A stretch of 62,620 bases of DNA, filler included. It is 7 parts of 7 records of this genome, joined end to end, with 100 filler letters (N's around TTAATTAATTAA, not from the genome) between each part and the next. Parts side by side here need not be neighbours in the genome. Positions count along the whole stretch, not along the records: positions 40,173 to 49,766 come from SRR31147125_12863; positions 49,867 to 55,237 come from SRR31147125_12890; positions 55,338 to 62,620 come from SRR31147125_12897; 4 more parts are not named here. One strand, 5' to 3'. The notes beneath the pieces are model-generated. The model was not told the origin of the DNA and made no database searches. It saw nothing but the letters and a program-made list of their open reading frames with translations. This document shows, in pieces, positions 45,531 through 56,487 of this stretch (its first letter is position 1; the number at the start of each line of letters is the position of its first letter). A program made the translations under genes and the position numbers.

Positions 45531-47141
45531 TTATTCAGGTTTAGGAAATTTCCTCATTCTTGAATAACGTTTATAGCTATCGAATATTTCTTTATTATTA
45601 TCTGAAATTCGGGGATCGTTAGTCCGTTCCAGTTCCTTCATTAATTTGTTTTTTAGTTCTTCCAGGATTGAAGTGTGTTCTGAATCTTCAGCAAGATTTT
45701 GTAAACAATACGGATCTTTTACAATGTTGTATAATTCATATTCCGGCCTAATTCCAACCGCTAATTCAAAATATTTTGATGTTTCAAGGCCATCATGATT
45801 CTCAATAAGGTATGTTTTTGACGGGCAATCATCAATATCCATAAAGGCGGCGTCTTTTATGTACCTTCTATCGTCATCCAATCCGAACATAGGCCACAAC
45901 TCTGAAGTGTCGTTTGGATTATACCGTTGAGGAGCACCAGCAGGCCACCTTTCAGGTTTTATGTTCCAGGTTAAAATAAAATCTTTGCTCCTGATCATTC
46001 TTTGTGGGTACCCGGCATTTTTATATCTTGAACAGGAATGCCTTTCCCTACCGGCTAAAACATAAGGTTTTGTTTTATCTATAATACCTTGCTTATTTGA
46101 TTTTAGCATTTGCACCAAACTTGCACCCGTTATGGGCAGCATGCCATGGGATGGTGTCTGCGTAATTTCGAGGATAGTTGGGGCGATGTCAATAAAACTG
46201 ATAGGGTTGTCAATCGTTCTGCTGCCAGGAAAACCCTTTGGATATCGAATGGCGAATGGTACATGGACACCATATTCGAAACAATTTGCTTTCGCCCTTG
46301 GAAAAGGCATGCCATTATCGGCAGTAACAATTACGATTGTATTGTCTAATTCACCAATGCTGTCTAAGTAATTCAACATTTTTTGTAAATGTGAATCAAA
46401 CCATTCAATTTCAACTGCATAGTCGAGTAAATCGCCACGAATTTCTTCGTTGTCTGGTAGGAAACCGGGTACTTCCTGAACATCATTTAATTTTTTTCCA
46501 TGCCGTACCCACGATCCTTTTTCATATACCCGGTGAGGCTCATGCCCTCCATACCAAAAGAAGAAAGGTTTTTCTTCTTTTACATTTTCCATGAAATATT
46601 TAAAATTATCAAAGTAGTTTGTACGATTTATACCATTGCCAAAGTCCTTATGCTCATTTTTTTCGTAAGCAATATTGCTGTGTTTAAAACCAGCGGCATT
46701 TGTTTTTCTCCATAACGAGTCAGACTCATTTCGCGCATATTGAAAAGGGCTCACACCTTTGCCCGTAAGACCTGTTGCATATCCACTTTTGTTTAGCAGA
46801 TCAACGAAAGGCACGTGTTTCTTCATCCACGATGAAGCATGTTGGCCAGATTGTTCGTTTTGCCAATGGTACCTGCCAGTTACAATAGAACTTCTTGACG
46901 GGGCGCATCCGGGTGATCCGGCATAGCAATTGGAAAAGTATATTCCTTCGCTGGCAATTTTGTCAAAAGCAGGAGTTTTTACAAAATTACAACCGTTAAA
47001 ACTCGTGTGTTTAAACGAATGGTCATCACTAATAGCAAAGAGAATGTTTGGTTTTTCGATTGTGTTTTTTTCTTGTTTACAAGAATAAAAAATGATAAAA
47101 GAGATTAATACAAATAAAAATTTGTTCGTGTTCAGTTTCAT
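45531..47141 (-). CDS. S1 sulfatase lipoprotein (sulfamidase-like)
   Basis: Likely start MKLNTNK with lipobox FYSC; PNILFAISDD, CAPSRSSIVTG, EPHR, ADNGMPFPRAK. Confidence 0.92.
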   Translation of the reverse strand: MKLNTNKFLFVLISFIIFYSCKQEKNTIEKPNILFAISDDHSFKHTSFNGCNFVKTPAFDKIASEGIYFSNCYAGSPGCAPSRSSIVTGRYHWQNEQSGQHASSWMKKHVPFVDLLNKSGYATGLTGKGVSPFQYARNESDSLWRKTNAAGFKHSNIAYEKNEHKDFGNGINRTNYFDNFKYFMENVKEEKPFFFWYGGHEPHRVYEKGSWVRHGKKLNDVQEVPGFLPDNEEIRGDLLDYAVEIEWFDSHLQKMLNYLDSIGELDNTIVIVTADNGMPFPRAKANCFEYGVHVPFAIRYPKGFPGSRTIDNPISFIDIAPTILEITQTPSHGMLPITGASLVQMLKSNKQGIIDKTKPYVLAGRERHSCSRYKNAGYPQRMIRSKDFILTWNIKPERWPAGAPQRYNPNDTSELWPMFGLDDDRRYIKDAAFMDIDDCPSKTYLIENHDGLETSKYFELAVGIRPEYELYNIVKDPYCLQNLAEDSEHTSILEELKNKLMKELERTNDPRISDNNKEIFDSYKRYSRMRKFPKPE

Positions 47142-47250
47142 GATAGTTAGATTTAATGACTTGTGACTATTGATATGTAAACATACTAAAAAAGCAATGT
47201 ACCTAATAGCACATTGCTTTCTTTTTGTCATTAACCCGTATATTCTAAAG

Positions 47251-49371
47251 TTATTCTGGTTCAATACCCATATTGTAGAAAGCAAAACCCCATACATCTG
47301 CATATTCATCAATTATCTTCGATGTGGGTTTTCCGGCACCATGTCCGGCTTTAACATCGATACGGATGAGTACAGGATTACTACCCTGGTAGTTTTCCTG
47401 CAAAGTAGCAATGTATTTAAACGAATGAGCAGGAACTACACGGTCGTCATGATCGGCTGTTGTAACCAATACCGCCGGGTACTCAACATTATTTTTTATT
47501 GAATGGACAGGTGAGTATCCGTGTAAATATTCAAACATTTCTTTGCTGTCTTCGCTGGTGCCGTAATCAGCAGCCCAGAATCGTCCGATAGTAAATTTAT
47601 GGTATCGCAACATATCCATAACCCCAACAGCGGGAATTGCTACCTTAAATAAATCTGGGCGTTGATTTGTAACGGCACCTACAAGCAATCCTCCGTTAGA
47701 GCCACCCATAATTGTTAGGTAATCGCTGCTGGTGTAGTTGTTTTCAACCAGATATTCACCTGCAGAAATAAAATCATCGAATACATTCTGTTTTTTCATT
47801 TTAATGCCCGCCTCGTGCCATTCTTCACCATATTCGCCGCCACCACGTAGGTTAGCCATCGCAAATATGCCATCGTTCTCAAGCCAAATCAGTCTTGTGA
47901 CACTAAAAGTGGGGGTGAGGCTTATATTAAATCCTCCGTAGCCATATAGCAGGGTAGGGTTGTTGCCATTAAGTACGAGTCCTTTTTTATGAACAATAAA
48001 CATGGGAACTTCTGTTCCGTCTTTTGATGGGTAAAAAACCTGCTTAACCTCATATTGATCGGTATCAAAATCAATTTCGGGTTTATAATAAATTTCAGAA
48101 GTCCCATCTTTGATATTGTACTTGTAAACAGAGCCAGGTGAAACAAAGGAGGTTAATGAGAAAAAAGTTATCTCATCGTTTTCTTCGCCTCCAAAACCGC
48201 CCACTGATCCAATAAATGGAAGTTCCAGCTCTTTCTCAAATTTACCTTCTTTTGAATAAATATCAATTTGTGATTTTGCATCTTTTAAATATTCAACAAA
48301 GAATTTTTGCCCAACAAAAGATATGTCTTGCAACACACTTTCTTTTTCTCCGATAAAATCATTCCAGTTTTTGCTTAAAGGATTTTTTGGATCGATTAAT
48401 AGGGCTTTGTATTTTGGTGCATCCAGGTTGGTTCGTAGAATTAACTTTCCATCTATGGATGTAACGTAATAATAGTCCTTTTCAAATTCCTCTATAATTT
48501 TGGTTGGTTTTTTATTTTCGGAAAATACCTCGTCCATATTGATAGCATATAAAGCATTCCCCGTAGTAGACTCTGAGATGCTTAACAAAAGCCATTTTTT
48601 ATCTTCTGTTACTTCTGCATTGAACAACCACCCTGGATGAGAATCGTCTTTGTAAACAAGTTTATCTTCGGCAACCGGAGTTCCAACTTTATGGTAGTAT
48701 ACCATTGAGTTTTTGCTTTCGCCTTTAAGTGCGTCGCCTTCTTTTGGTTCAGGTAACCTGCTGTAGAAGAAACCATCGTTATACCAGGAAATTCCGGAGA
48801 ATTTAACCCACTCAATATGATCTTCCAGCGTTTCACCTGACTCAACATCCAACACATAGATTTCATTCCAGTCAGAACCCCCTCTGGCAATTTTGTAGGC
48901 AAGGTGTTTACTGTCTTTTGATAAGGCAACTCCGCTTAGTGCAACCGTACCATCATCGCTGAGTTTATTCGGGTCAAGCAATATCTTTCCTTCTTCATCA
49001 GGATTTTCAGTATAATAAAGTACTGCCTGGTTCTGTAATCCATCGTTTTTTGTGTATAAATAATATTTGCCACGTTTTGAGAGTGAAGACATTCTTGGGT
49101 AGTTCCAGAGCGTTTCCAGTCTTTCTCTTATTTTTTCACGAAATGGGATGTTGTTTAGGTAATCGAATGTAACCTCATTTTGAGATTGCACCCATGCTTT
49201 TGTTTCTTCGGAATTATCATCTTCCAGCCATCTGTAAGGATCGGGAACTTCAGTGCCAAAATAAGTGCTAAGGCTATCTGTCTTTTTTGTTTCCGGGTAA
49301 ATCATTTTTGGAGTTTGTGTACACGACATGATTGTTAAAATACCTAATAGAGTTGTTAAAATGTTTTTCAT
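47251..49371 (-). CDS. Prolyl oligopeptidase (S9A) lipoprotein
   Basis: DPYRWLE, YGYGGF, RGGGEYG, GGSNGG, DHDDRV, AGHG; lipobox IMSC. Confidence 0.95.
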   Translation of the reverse strand: MKNILTTLLGILTIMSCTQTPKMIYPETKKTDSLSTYFGTEVPDPYRWLEDDNSEETKAWVQSQNEVTFDYLNNIPFREKIRERLETLWNYPRMSSLSKRGKYYLYTKNDGLQNQAVLYYTENPDEEGKILLDPNKLSDDGTVALSGVALSKDSKHLAYKIARGGSDWNEIYVLDVESGETLEDHIEWVKFSGISWYNDGFFYSRLPEPKEGDALKGESKNSMVYYHKVGTPVAEDKLVYKDDSHPGWLFNAEVTEDKKWLLLSISESTTGNALYAINMDEVFSENKKPTKIIEEFEKDYYYVTSIDGKLILRTNLDAPKYKALLIDPKNPLSKNWNDFIGEKESVLQDISFVGQKFFVEYLKDAKSQIDIYSKEGKFEKELELPFIGSVGGFGGEENDEITFFSLTSFVSPGSVYKYNIKDGTSEIYYKPEIDFDTDQYEVKQVFYPSKDGTEVPMFIVHKKGLVLNGNNPTLLYGYGGFNISLTPTFSVTRLIWLENDGIFAMANLRGGGEYGEEWHEAGIKMKKQNVFDDFISAGEYLVENNYTSSDYLTIMGGSNGGLLVGAVTNQRPDLFKVAIPAVGVMDMLRYHKFTIGRFWAADYGTSEDSKEMFEYLHGYSPVHSIKNNVEYPAVLVTTADHDDRVVPAHSFKYIATLQENYQGSNPVLIRIDVKAGHGAGKPTSKIIDEYADVWGFAFYNMGIEPE

Positions 49372-49439
49372 AATGAAAAGATTATTAAATGTTGAATGTT
49401 AAAATTACAACAATCTTTTCAGTTTGTTCGATTGGATAT

Positions 49440-49470
49440 AAAAAAGAAATCCGGGACTAGCCCGGATTTT
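49440..49470 (-). terminator. Intrinsic terminator after pnp
   Basis: AAATCCGGG-CTAGT-CCCGGATTT-CTTTTTT on the minus strand. Confidence 0.85.
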
Positions 49471-49493
49471 AAGAATATTATTTGAGATGGTGA

Positions 49494-49766
49494 TTAATTT
49501 CTATCTCTATTGTTATTTCTGTTTCTGTTATTGCCCCTGTCGCGGTTTTCTCTTCTTGGAGGCCTTTCTTCATAGCCTTCTGGTTTTGGTAACAATGCTT
49601 TTCTTGAGAGTTTAAGTTTTCCACTTCTCGAATCGATATCAATAAGTTTAACTTCTACTTCTTCTCCTTCTTTTAACACATCTTTTACATTGTTAACACG
49701 GTTCCATTCAATTTCTGAAACGTGCAATAATCCATCTGTGTTAGGAAGAATCTCTATGAAAGCCCC
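49494..49766 (-). CDS. pnp: Polyribonucleotide nucleotidyltransferase, C-terminal S1 domain
   Basis: [19 protein letters not shown]...[16 protein letters not shown] followed by an R/N-rich tail. Confidence 0.9.
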   Translation of the reverse strand, partial: GAFIEILPNTDGLLHVSEIEWNRVNNVKDVLKEGEEVEVKLIDIDSRSGKLKLSRKALLPKPEGYEERPPRRENRDRGNNRNRNNNRDRN

Positions 49767-49866
49767 NNNNNNNNNNNNNNNNNNNNNNNNNNNNNNNNNN
49801 NNNNNNNNNNTTAATTAATTAANNNNNNNNNNNNNNNNNNNNNNNNNNNNNNNNNNNNNNNNNNNN
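49767..49866. other. Artificial contig spacer
   Basis: N-TTAATTAATTAA-N. Confidence 0.99.
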
Positions 49867-50660
49867 ACAAATACCGGATGAAGAATATGACAAGCCATAT
49901 CGCCTAATGCACCTGTACCATAGTCCCACCAACCACGCCAGTTCCAAGGATGATAAACCTGGTTGTAAGGGCGCATTTTGGCCGGCCCTGTGAATAAATC
50001 CCAATCTAAAGTATCCGGAACCCAATCACCTCTTTCTGGAGTATTTAGCCCCTGTGGCCAAATAGGACGGTCGGTAAATGCTTCAACTTTTGTTACTTTA
50101 CCAATTTCGTCATTTGCCAACCACTCGGTTATAAGGTTTACACCCTCGCCCGATGATCCTTGGTTACCCATTGAAGTTGCCAGTTTATACTCTTTTGCAA
50201 GTTTAGTTAACAAGCGCGATTCGTAAACGGTGTGAGTTAAAGGCTTTTGAACATAAGCATGTTTTCCCATCGCCATCGCATGGGAAGCAATAGTAGCGTG
50301 CGTATGGTCAGCTGTTGCAACCACTACACCATCCATTTCTTTGCCTAGTTCGTCGTATGCGATTCTCCAGTCTTTGTACTTTCTGGCTTTTGGGAACTTG
50401 TCGAAAACGCCGTTGCCTCCCGTATATTTCCAGTCTACATCTACAAGACCGATAATATTTTCCGATGTAAGTTTTTTTAAGTTAGCGAACCCCATTCCAC
50501 CAACACCAATACCAAGAATATTGAGTTTGTCACTGGGTGCTTTGTGCCCCAAACCAGCTACTGCATGACTTGGAACAATTGTGATTCCTGCAGCAACTGC
50601 TGCAGCAGTACCAAGAAAAGCTCTTCTTGAAACTGAAGTTTTGTTTGATTTCTTTTCCAT
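49867..50660 (-). CDS. Gfo/Idh/MocA oxidoreductase with Tat signal, 3'-truncated
   Basis: [39 protein letters not shown]. Confidence 0.92.
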
Positions 50661-51172
50661 TACAAATGGTGTTTTAACCGGATACAATGATCCTTTAATT
50701 TATTTTAAAAAACGTTTACCTCATAAACCTAAATGGTTGTTGTCTATAATTATCCTAATTCCTTAAAAAAATTTCCTTTACCTTGGGTGTCTTCTTCAAA
50801 AAAAGGTATTTATTCCTGCATTTCACATTCATCTTAAATGTGCTAAAGATCAAGATCTCATTCACTAACCGATGCAATATTATTCTTTAGTACATCGAAA
50901 TAGGTTTTTTTTATAAAACCATATTTAAAATAAAACAATTGAAATCGGCAGGAAAATCTTATTGCTGGCTTTCAGAAAATTCTCCTTCCATCAATTATTT
51001 TGAATTCTTCATTGAGAAATAATCAATGGCAGAGCTACATACAGGCACAGTGGAATCCATTCTTAGTTTGCCATTTATTTAAACCTCTCATTCAAAACAT
51101 TTTCACGAACTAGAACAAAAACAAATATTATAAAAAACAGAACATTAAGATTTATTGTAGTTTTTTTAGGTG

Positions 51173-51213
51173 TTAATAAAGGCCTGCCATCTTAAATCAG
51201 CAGGCCTTATTAA
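51173..51213 (-). terminator. Terminator after susD
   Basis: AAGGCCTGC...GCAGGCCTT stem flanked by A/T tracts. Confidence 0.7.
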
Positions 51214-51230
51214 TTTTAGCAGAATTAAGA

Positions 51231-52727
51231 TTAATATCCTGGATTTTGAGTAATATTTGAATTCCTATCTATTTCGTCCTGAGGTATAGGGAACAAATAT
51301 TGATCATCATTAAAGTTTTCATGTGGTTCCAACGAATTAGGCCCCTTAAAAACTTCGGCGCCTAATGTTCGGCGTTTGATATCCCACCAGCGTTTAAATT
51401 CAAAACTTAACTCCAATCTTCTATCATCGAGTACAAGTGTACGAAAATCTTCCTTCGAGATACTTGATTCTACATCGGCAGGGAAATCAGTATTAGTACC
51501 TGCCCAATTTCGAGCCCTTTCTCTTACTTGATTTACATAAGCTAATGCTTCAGCTGTTGGCCCACTTATTTCATTCAGTGCCTCGGCCGCAGTTAGTAAT
51601 ATCTCAGCATATCTATAAATGGCATAGTTGTTATCGCTATTGTTACCATTTGAATCAGCATTTCCAGGCAGGCGCCAGTATTTGGCAATGTGTGGCCTGT
51701 TAACTCTGTTAAATTCTGAATAGTGCCTTAATCCATCCGGATAAGGAACACTATCGGCCAAAGCAACCTTTCGGCGGTAGTCTCTGGCATCCCAAGTTTC
51801 AAATACGGCCAATGAAGGGACAGTAACATCCCACCCTGAACGAACTGCTCCGGTTAAACCAGTAAAAGTTGGATGACTGTCGGTATTATATGGCCACGAG
51901 CTTCTTTGACCTTCAAAATCAACGCAAAAAATATGCTCAGGCATACCATATTGTTTCGAAGCATCAAACAAATCCTGGTAATCTGCTTCTAAACCATAAT
52001 CAAGATCCGAAGAATTAGCTATAACCCATTTTGCATTATCGTAAGCTTCCTGCCAATTTTGAAGAGTGAGTTGAACATCAGCTAACATTGCATAGGCCGA
52101 TCCTTGTGACGGCCTATTTCTTGTATTTTCTGGATGAGTCATAGGCAAATTTGCTTTTGCAAATTCAAGATCAGTAATAATAGCTTCATATACTTCGGAT
52201 TGTGGTGTTTTTGAGATTCCGGTTAATGACTCCGGATCAGAAACTGCTTCAGCAATATAAGGGATATCACCAAACAACCTAACCAGATTAAAATAGGCAA
52301 ATGCCCTGAAAAAACGAGCTTCGGCCTCTAATTGAGATAATTGAGTTGATTCTTCAAGAAGTTCAGCTCCAGCTAATGCCGTATTTACAGTTCCTATAAT
52401 TGAATAAGAAGCTTGCCAGAACCGCCCAATAACTGAATTAAAACCATCGGCAACAAAATCATTTATTTGAATCCTTGCAGCCACGGTACCTCTATTGCCA
52501 ATGTCAACCATGTCGTCGCGCAGTGTAATTGCCAATGACATTTCGCGCCCCCAATAATCGTCGGCGGCAATTTTGCCAATAGCTCCAAAAATAGCTAGTT
52601 CAACTTCTTTTTCACTTTGAAAAAAACCTTCAGGAGCTAAAACCCCTATTGGTTCTTCCTCTAACTCTGTACATGCAAATGTTAACAGTACCAGAAGTAG
52701 CAATGTATATATTTTATAATTTCTCAT
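51231..52727 (-). CDS. SusD/RagB lipoprotein
   Basis: Lipobox TFAC, AEARFFRAFAYFNLVRLFGDIP, RYAEILL, RRLELSFE, QNPGY. Confidence 0.94.
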   Translation of the reverse strand: MRNYKIYTLLLLVLLTFACTELEEEPIGVLAPEGFFQSEKEVELAIFGAIGKIAADDYWGREMSLAITLRDDMVDIGNRGTVAARIQINDFVADGFNSVIGRFWQASYSIIGTVNTALAGAELLEESTQLSQLEAEARFFRAFAYFNLVRLFGDIPYIAEAVSDPESLTGISKTPQSEVYEAIITDLEFAKANLPMTHPENTRNRPSQGSAYAMLADVQLTLQNWQEAYDNAKWVIANSSDLDYGLEADYQDLFDASKQYGMPEHIFCVDFEGQRSSWPYNTDSHPTFTGLTGAVRSGWDVTVPSLAVFETWDARDYRRKVALADSVPYPDGLRHYSEFNRVNRPHIAKYWRLPGNADSNGNNSDNNYAIYRYAEILLTAAEALNEISGPTAEALAYVNQVRERARNWAGTNTDFPADVESSISKEDFRTLVLDDRRLELSFEFKRWWDIKRRTLGAEVFKGPNSLEPHENFNDDQYLFPIPQDEIDRNSNITQNPGY

Positions 52728-52836
52728 GTGTTTTATTTTTTACGTGATCAAACAATCCAGCATGATTTTTAGCGTATTTCTACCAGACTCTAATTTTGTC
52801 ATGCAGTTTTGTTTAAACTTTTATAAAATTTTCAAT

Positions 52837-55237
52837 TTAAAATTTCACCTGAATACCAACAGTATATGATTTTATATTAGGGTAGCTTCCATAATCCAGC
52901 CCAATATTTGTATTTCCTGATGCCCCGCCATATACCTTCCAACCCACTTCAGGGTCAATACCAGGATAGTCTGTAAAAGTCAGTAAATTCTGTCCACTTA
53001 CATATAATCGGGCATAACTTAGGCCCACTTTGTCTAGCAACGATTTTGGGAATTTATAACCCAGAGCAACATTCTTAAGGCGAACAAATGAACCGTCGTA
53101 TACCCATCTGTCAGATGACTTTCTTGAACGACCAATAGTAGCTTTGGGAATATCGGTATTTGTATTTGATGGTGTCCAGCGGTCGAGCATTCGGGTGGTT
53201 GTATTATTATACCCATTATTCAATTCCAATTCCATCAATGTAAAGCTATATAAATCGCCACCCTGTGAACCGTGGATAAATATGTTTAGGTCAAATCCTT
53301 TGTATTCAAAGTCATTATTAAATCCCCAAGTAAAATCAGGATTTGGATCACCAATAATTTGCCTGTCATCAGCATTGGAGAGTTTTCCATCTCCATTAAG
53401 GTCTTTGTATTTTTCACCACCGGGCTCCTTTTCGAAACTGCCACCTTCAAGAAAAGTATCGCCCTCCTGATATACACCATCGTAAACAAATCCATAAAAT
53501 TGCCCCATTGACATTCCTTCCCTTAAGATTTGAGTGTTGCCAATTCCAACCATGTGCCCAGGTCCTGAACTGATAAATATGTCATTGCCTTCGGGTAATT
53601 CAAGGATTTTATTCCTGTTCCTGGAAAAATTAATATCGGTTGTCCATTTCAGTTCCCCATTGATATTAAGTGTTGATAGCGTAAATTCAAATCCTTTGTT
53701 TTCCATCGAGCCAATATTTTTAAGCGTTGAAGCATAACCAGAATATTCAGGTAATGGTAGGCTAAATAATAAATCGGTGGTTTCCATTGAATAATAATCA
53801 GCAACAATCTGTACACGTTGATCAAATAAACCCAGGTCTATACCTACATCGATTTGTGCTGTACTTTCCCACGTTAGGTTATCGTTAGCTACCGTATAAG
53901 GTGCAATAGCATTAACGGGTTCATCGTAAACATATGTAACCGGAATGGTACGGAGTTTTGCTAAAGATTGGTATGGGGCAATCGCTTGATTTCCTGTAAC
54001 ACCATAACTACCCCTAAGTTTTAACTGACTAATTTTAGGAATAGCCTGCATAAAGTTTTCCTCTGTAACATTCCATGCAAGAGCGCCTGAAGGAAAAAAT
54101 GCCCATTTATTGTTTTTTGCAAACCGCGATGAACCATCGTATCTGGCATTAAAAGTAAGCATGTATTTATCCTTCAATTTGTAATTTACTCGACCATAAA
54201 ATGACGCCAGTTCAGTTTCAGTCACTCCGGAATTGGCAGGTAATGACACCGATCCTCCATCAAGATCCCAATAACTGAAAGCATCAGTAATAAAATTTTG
54301 ACTTTGCGCTCCAAATGATTCTCCACGGTATGATTGGTATGAATATCCCCCCATGGCAGTTAAATCGTGTACATCATTAAAATTTTTCTGATAAGTAAGG
54401 TAATTTTCATTGATCAAATCAGTACTTCTACTTCCATTAACTGTTGCACTTCCTCCAACTTGTTGGCCTGTATTTAAGGTTGTTGGCAAATAAGTTCCGG
54501 TTCTGCCACTATAAGTTTTGGCTCCAAAGGTAGTTCTGAATTTTAGCCCTTCCATTAATTGAATGTCAGCAAAAAAGCTGGTTTGAATTGCTTCTCCAAC
54601 ACCTTCTTCAACTCTTTCTTTTGCTGTTGCATACGGGTTGTCGTGTGGGTCTCCAAAATCTGAAATGGTATAAGTTCCATCCTCGTTATAGATTCCTGAA
54701 ATTGGCTGCATTTTCCATGCCCCGGATAATACGCCTGTGTTGCCTGACCCACCTGTACCTTCTTGCGAAAGACTACCATTGTTTGAGGATCTGGCAGCAT
54801 AGATATTGGCTCCTACTTTAATACTTTTAGAGATGGTTAAATCAAGGTTACTAGTTAAAGAGTAACTTTTGTGGTCTGATTCAATTACAACTCCGTCCTG
54901 ACCTCGGTAAACACCTGATAAATAATACCTAAAATTTTCGCCACCACCAGTAAATGATAACTTATAGTTTTGTAAGGCTCCGTTTTGTAATACCACATCT
55001 TGCCAATCGGTGTTGGCATAAGAACCGTTGGGATCTAATTTCCCCGGATCTGCCTCATTGATATACGTAATAAAATCTGGCGTTTCTAATAGATCATACC
55101 TTCCAATTTCTTTTTGGTGCGAATAAGATGAAGTAAATTCAACTTCTGGTTTTCCTATTTTTCCTCTTTTTGTAGTAATCAGAATAACACCATTAGCACC
55201 ACGCGAACCATAAATAGCCGTTGCCGAAGCATCTTTT
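52837..55237 (-). CDS. SusC/RagA transporter, 5'-truncated
   Basis: Open from the contig edge (KDASATAIYGSRGANGVILITTKRG) in frame with ORF 52837-54996; ends GIQVKF. Confidence 0.94.
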
Positions 55238-55337
55238 NNNNNNNNNNNNNNNNNNNNNNNNNNNNNNNNNNNNNNNNNNNNTTAATTAATTAANNNNNNN
55301 NNNNNNNNNNNNNNNNNNNNNNNNNNNNNNNNNNNNN
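55238..55337. other. Artificial contig spacer
   Basis: N-TTAATTAATTAA-N. Confidence 0.99.
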
Positions 55338-55370
55338 CAACACTTTTTTAATCTAACTATTATTATTCCT

Positions 55371-56252
55371 ATGCACATTCTCACTTTTTTATTTTTATGC
55401 CTTGTATGGGGAACAACCTGGATAGCCATAAAGTTAACATTGATAGGATTTCCCCCATTCCTTGGAGCCAGCATTCGCTTTTTTATAGCAATTCTGTTTC
55501 TCCTGGTGTATATCTGCATTAAAAACATATCCCTTCGGCTTAATAAAAGGGACTTTTATTTTATTTTTTTCTCTGCATTTCTCATGTATGTTTTTGATTA
55601 TGGATTTATTTATTGGGGAGAACAATATTTATCTGCTGGCGTAACAGCCATATTATTTGGGACTTTTGTTCTTTTTACAGCCTTGTGGTCCTATTTTTTG
55701 TTTCAAAACGAACATTTCTATTTGCATAAATTCCTGGGACTCATATTAGGCATGGCTGGTATCTCTACCGTCTTTTTCGATCAACTGCTCAATACCCAAT
55801 TCAATATGTCTGTCATTTTGGGTTCATTAGCCATTGTAGCCGGGGCAGCAGGCGGTGCCTTGTCTGTGGTGATTGTAAAAAAATATTTGAATCATATCAA
55901 TGCCATCTCTTTAGCGTTTTATCAGATGGTTTTGGGCACACTTTTTCTGGCCATCATTGGAGGGCTGGTAGAACGACACGCGCACTTTAATATAACACCA
56001 AAAGTTATCTATGCCATTCTTTATTTAGGATGTATCGGATCAGCATTAGCATTTGGACTTTATTACTGGCTCTTACAGCATATGAGTGCAATTACTCTTT
56101 CACTGATCATTTATATCACTCCTGTGGTGGCAGTGATATTTGACTATCTGTTCTTTGGTGAAATAATCAGTTTCCGTGCCCTGGTTGGAATGACTATCAT
56201 TTTTTCAGGCATTGCTTTAACCCAAATCCAATCGATAAAACGGACACATTAA
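55371..56252 (+). CDS. EamA/DMT family transporter
   Basis: LVWGTTWIAIK, two EamA repeats, about 10 TM segments. Confidence 0.9.
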   Translation: MHILTFLFLCLVWGTTWIAIKLTLIGFPPFLGASIRFFIAILFLLVYICIKNISLRLNKRDFYFIFFSAFLMYVFDYGFIYWGEQYLSAGVTAILFGTFVLFTALWSYFLFQNEHFYLHKFLGLILGMAGISTVFFDQLLNTQFNMSVILGSLAIVAGAAGGALSVVIVKKYLNHINAISLAFYQMVLGTLFLAIIGGLVERHAHFNITPKVIYAILYLGCIGSALAFGLYYWLLQHMSAITLSLIIYITPVVAVIFDYLFFGEIISFRALVGMTIIFSGIALTQIQSIKRTH

Positions 56253-56487
56253 ATTATATATAATAATCCATATTTCATTTTATGCCCATGAGTATTACTG
56301 CGTTAGTGTGACCGGGCTAATCAGGCGCGTCGCACTTTTATCCTGCGTTATGTTTTATCAAATAAAACATCAAAACCTTTATAGCAATTTGGCTTTAAGA
56401 TTCTGAATATTCCATTCAAAACACTTGATATTCTTTTAAAAATGGTAAACTATTACATACTAACGGAATGTTGAAAAAGAGGAAGAA

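Noticed and set aside
45451..45534. AGAATTTTAATTAT direct repeat 70 bp apart
   Set aside because: Low-complexity AT-rich sequence, plausibly chance.
47142..47312. 57-aa N-terminal extension of the sulfatase in the ORF track
   Set aside because: It overlaps the oligopeptidase gene; the lipoprotein signal starts at ATG 47141.
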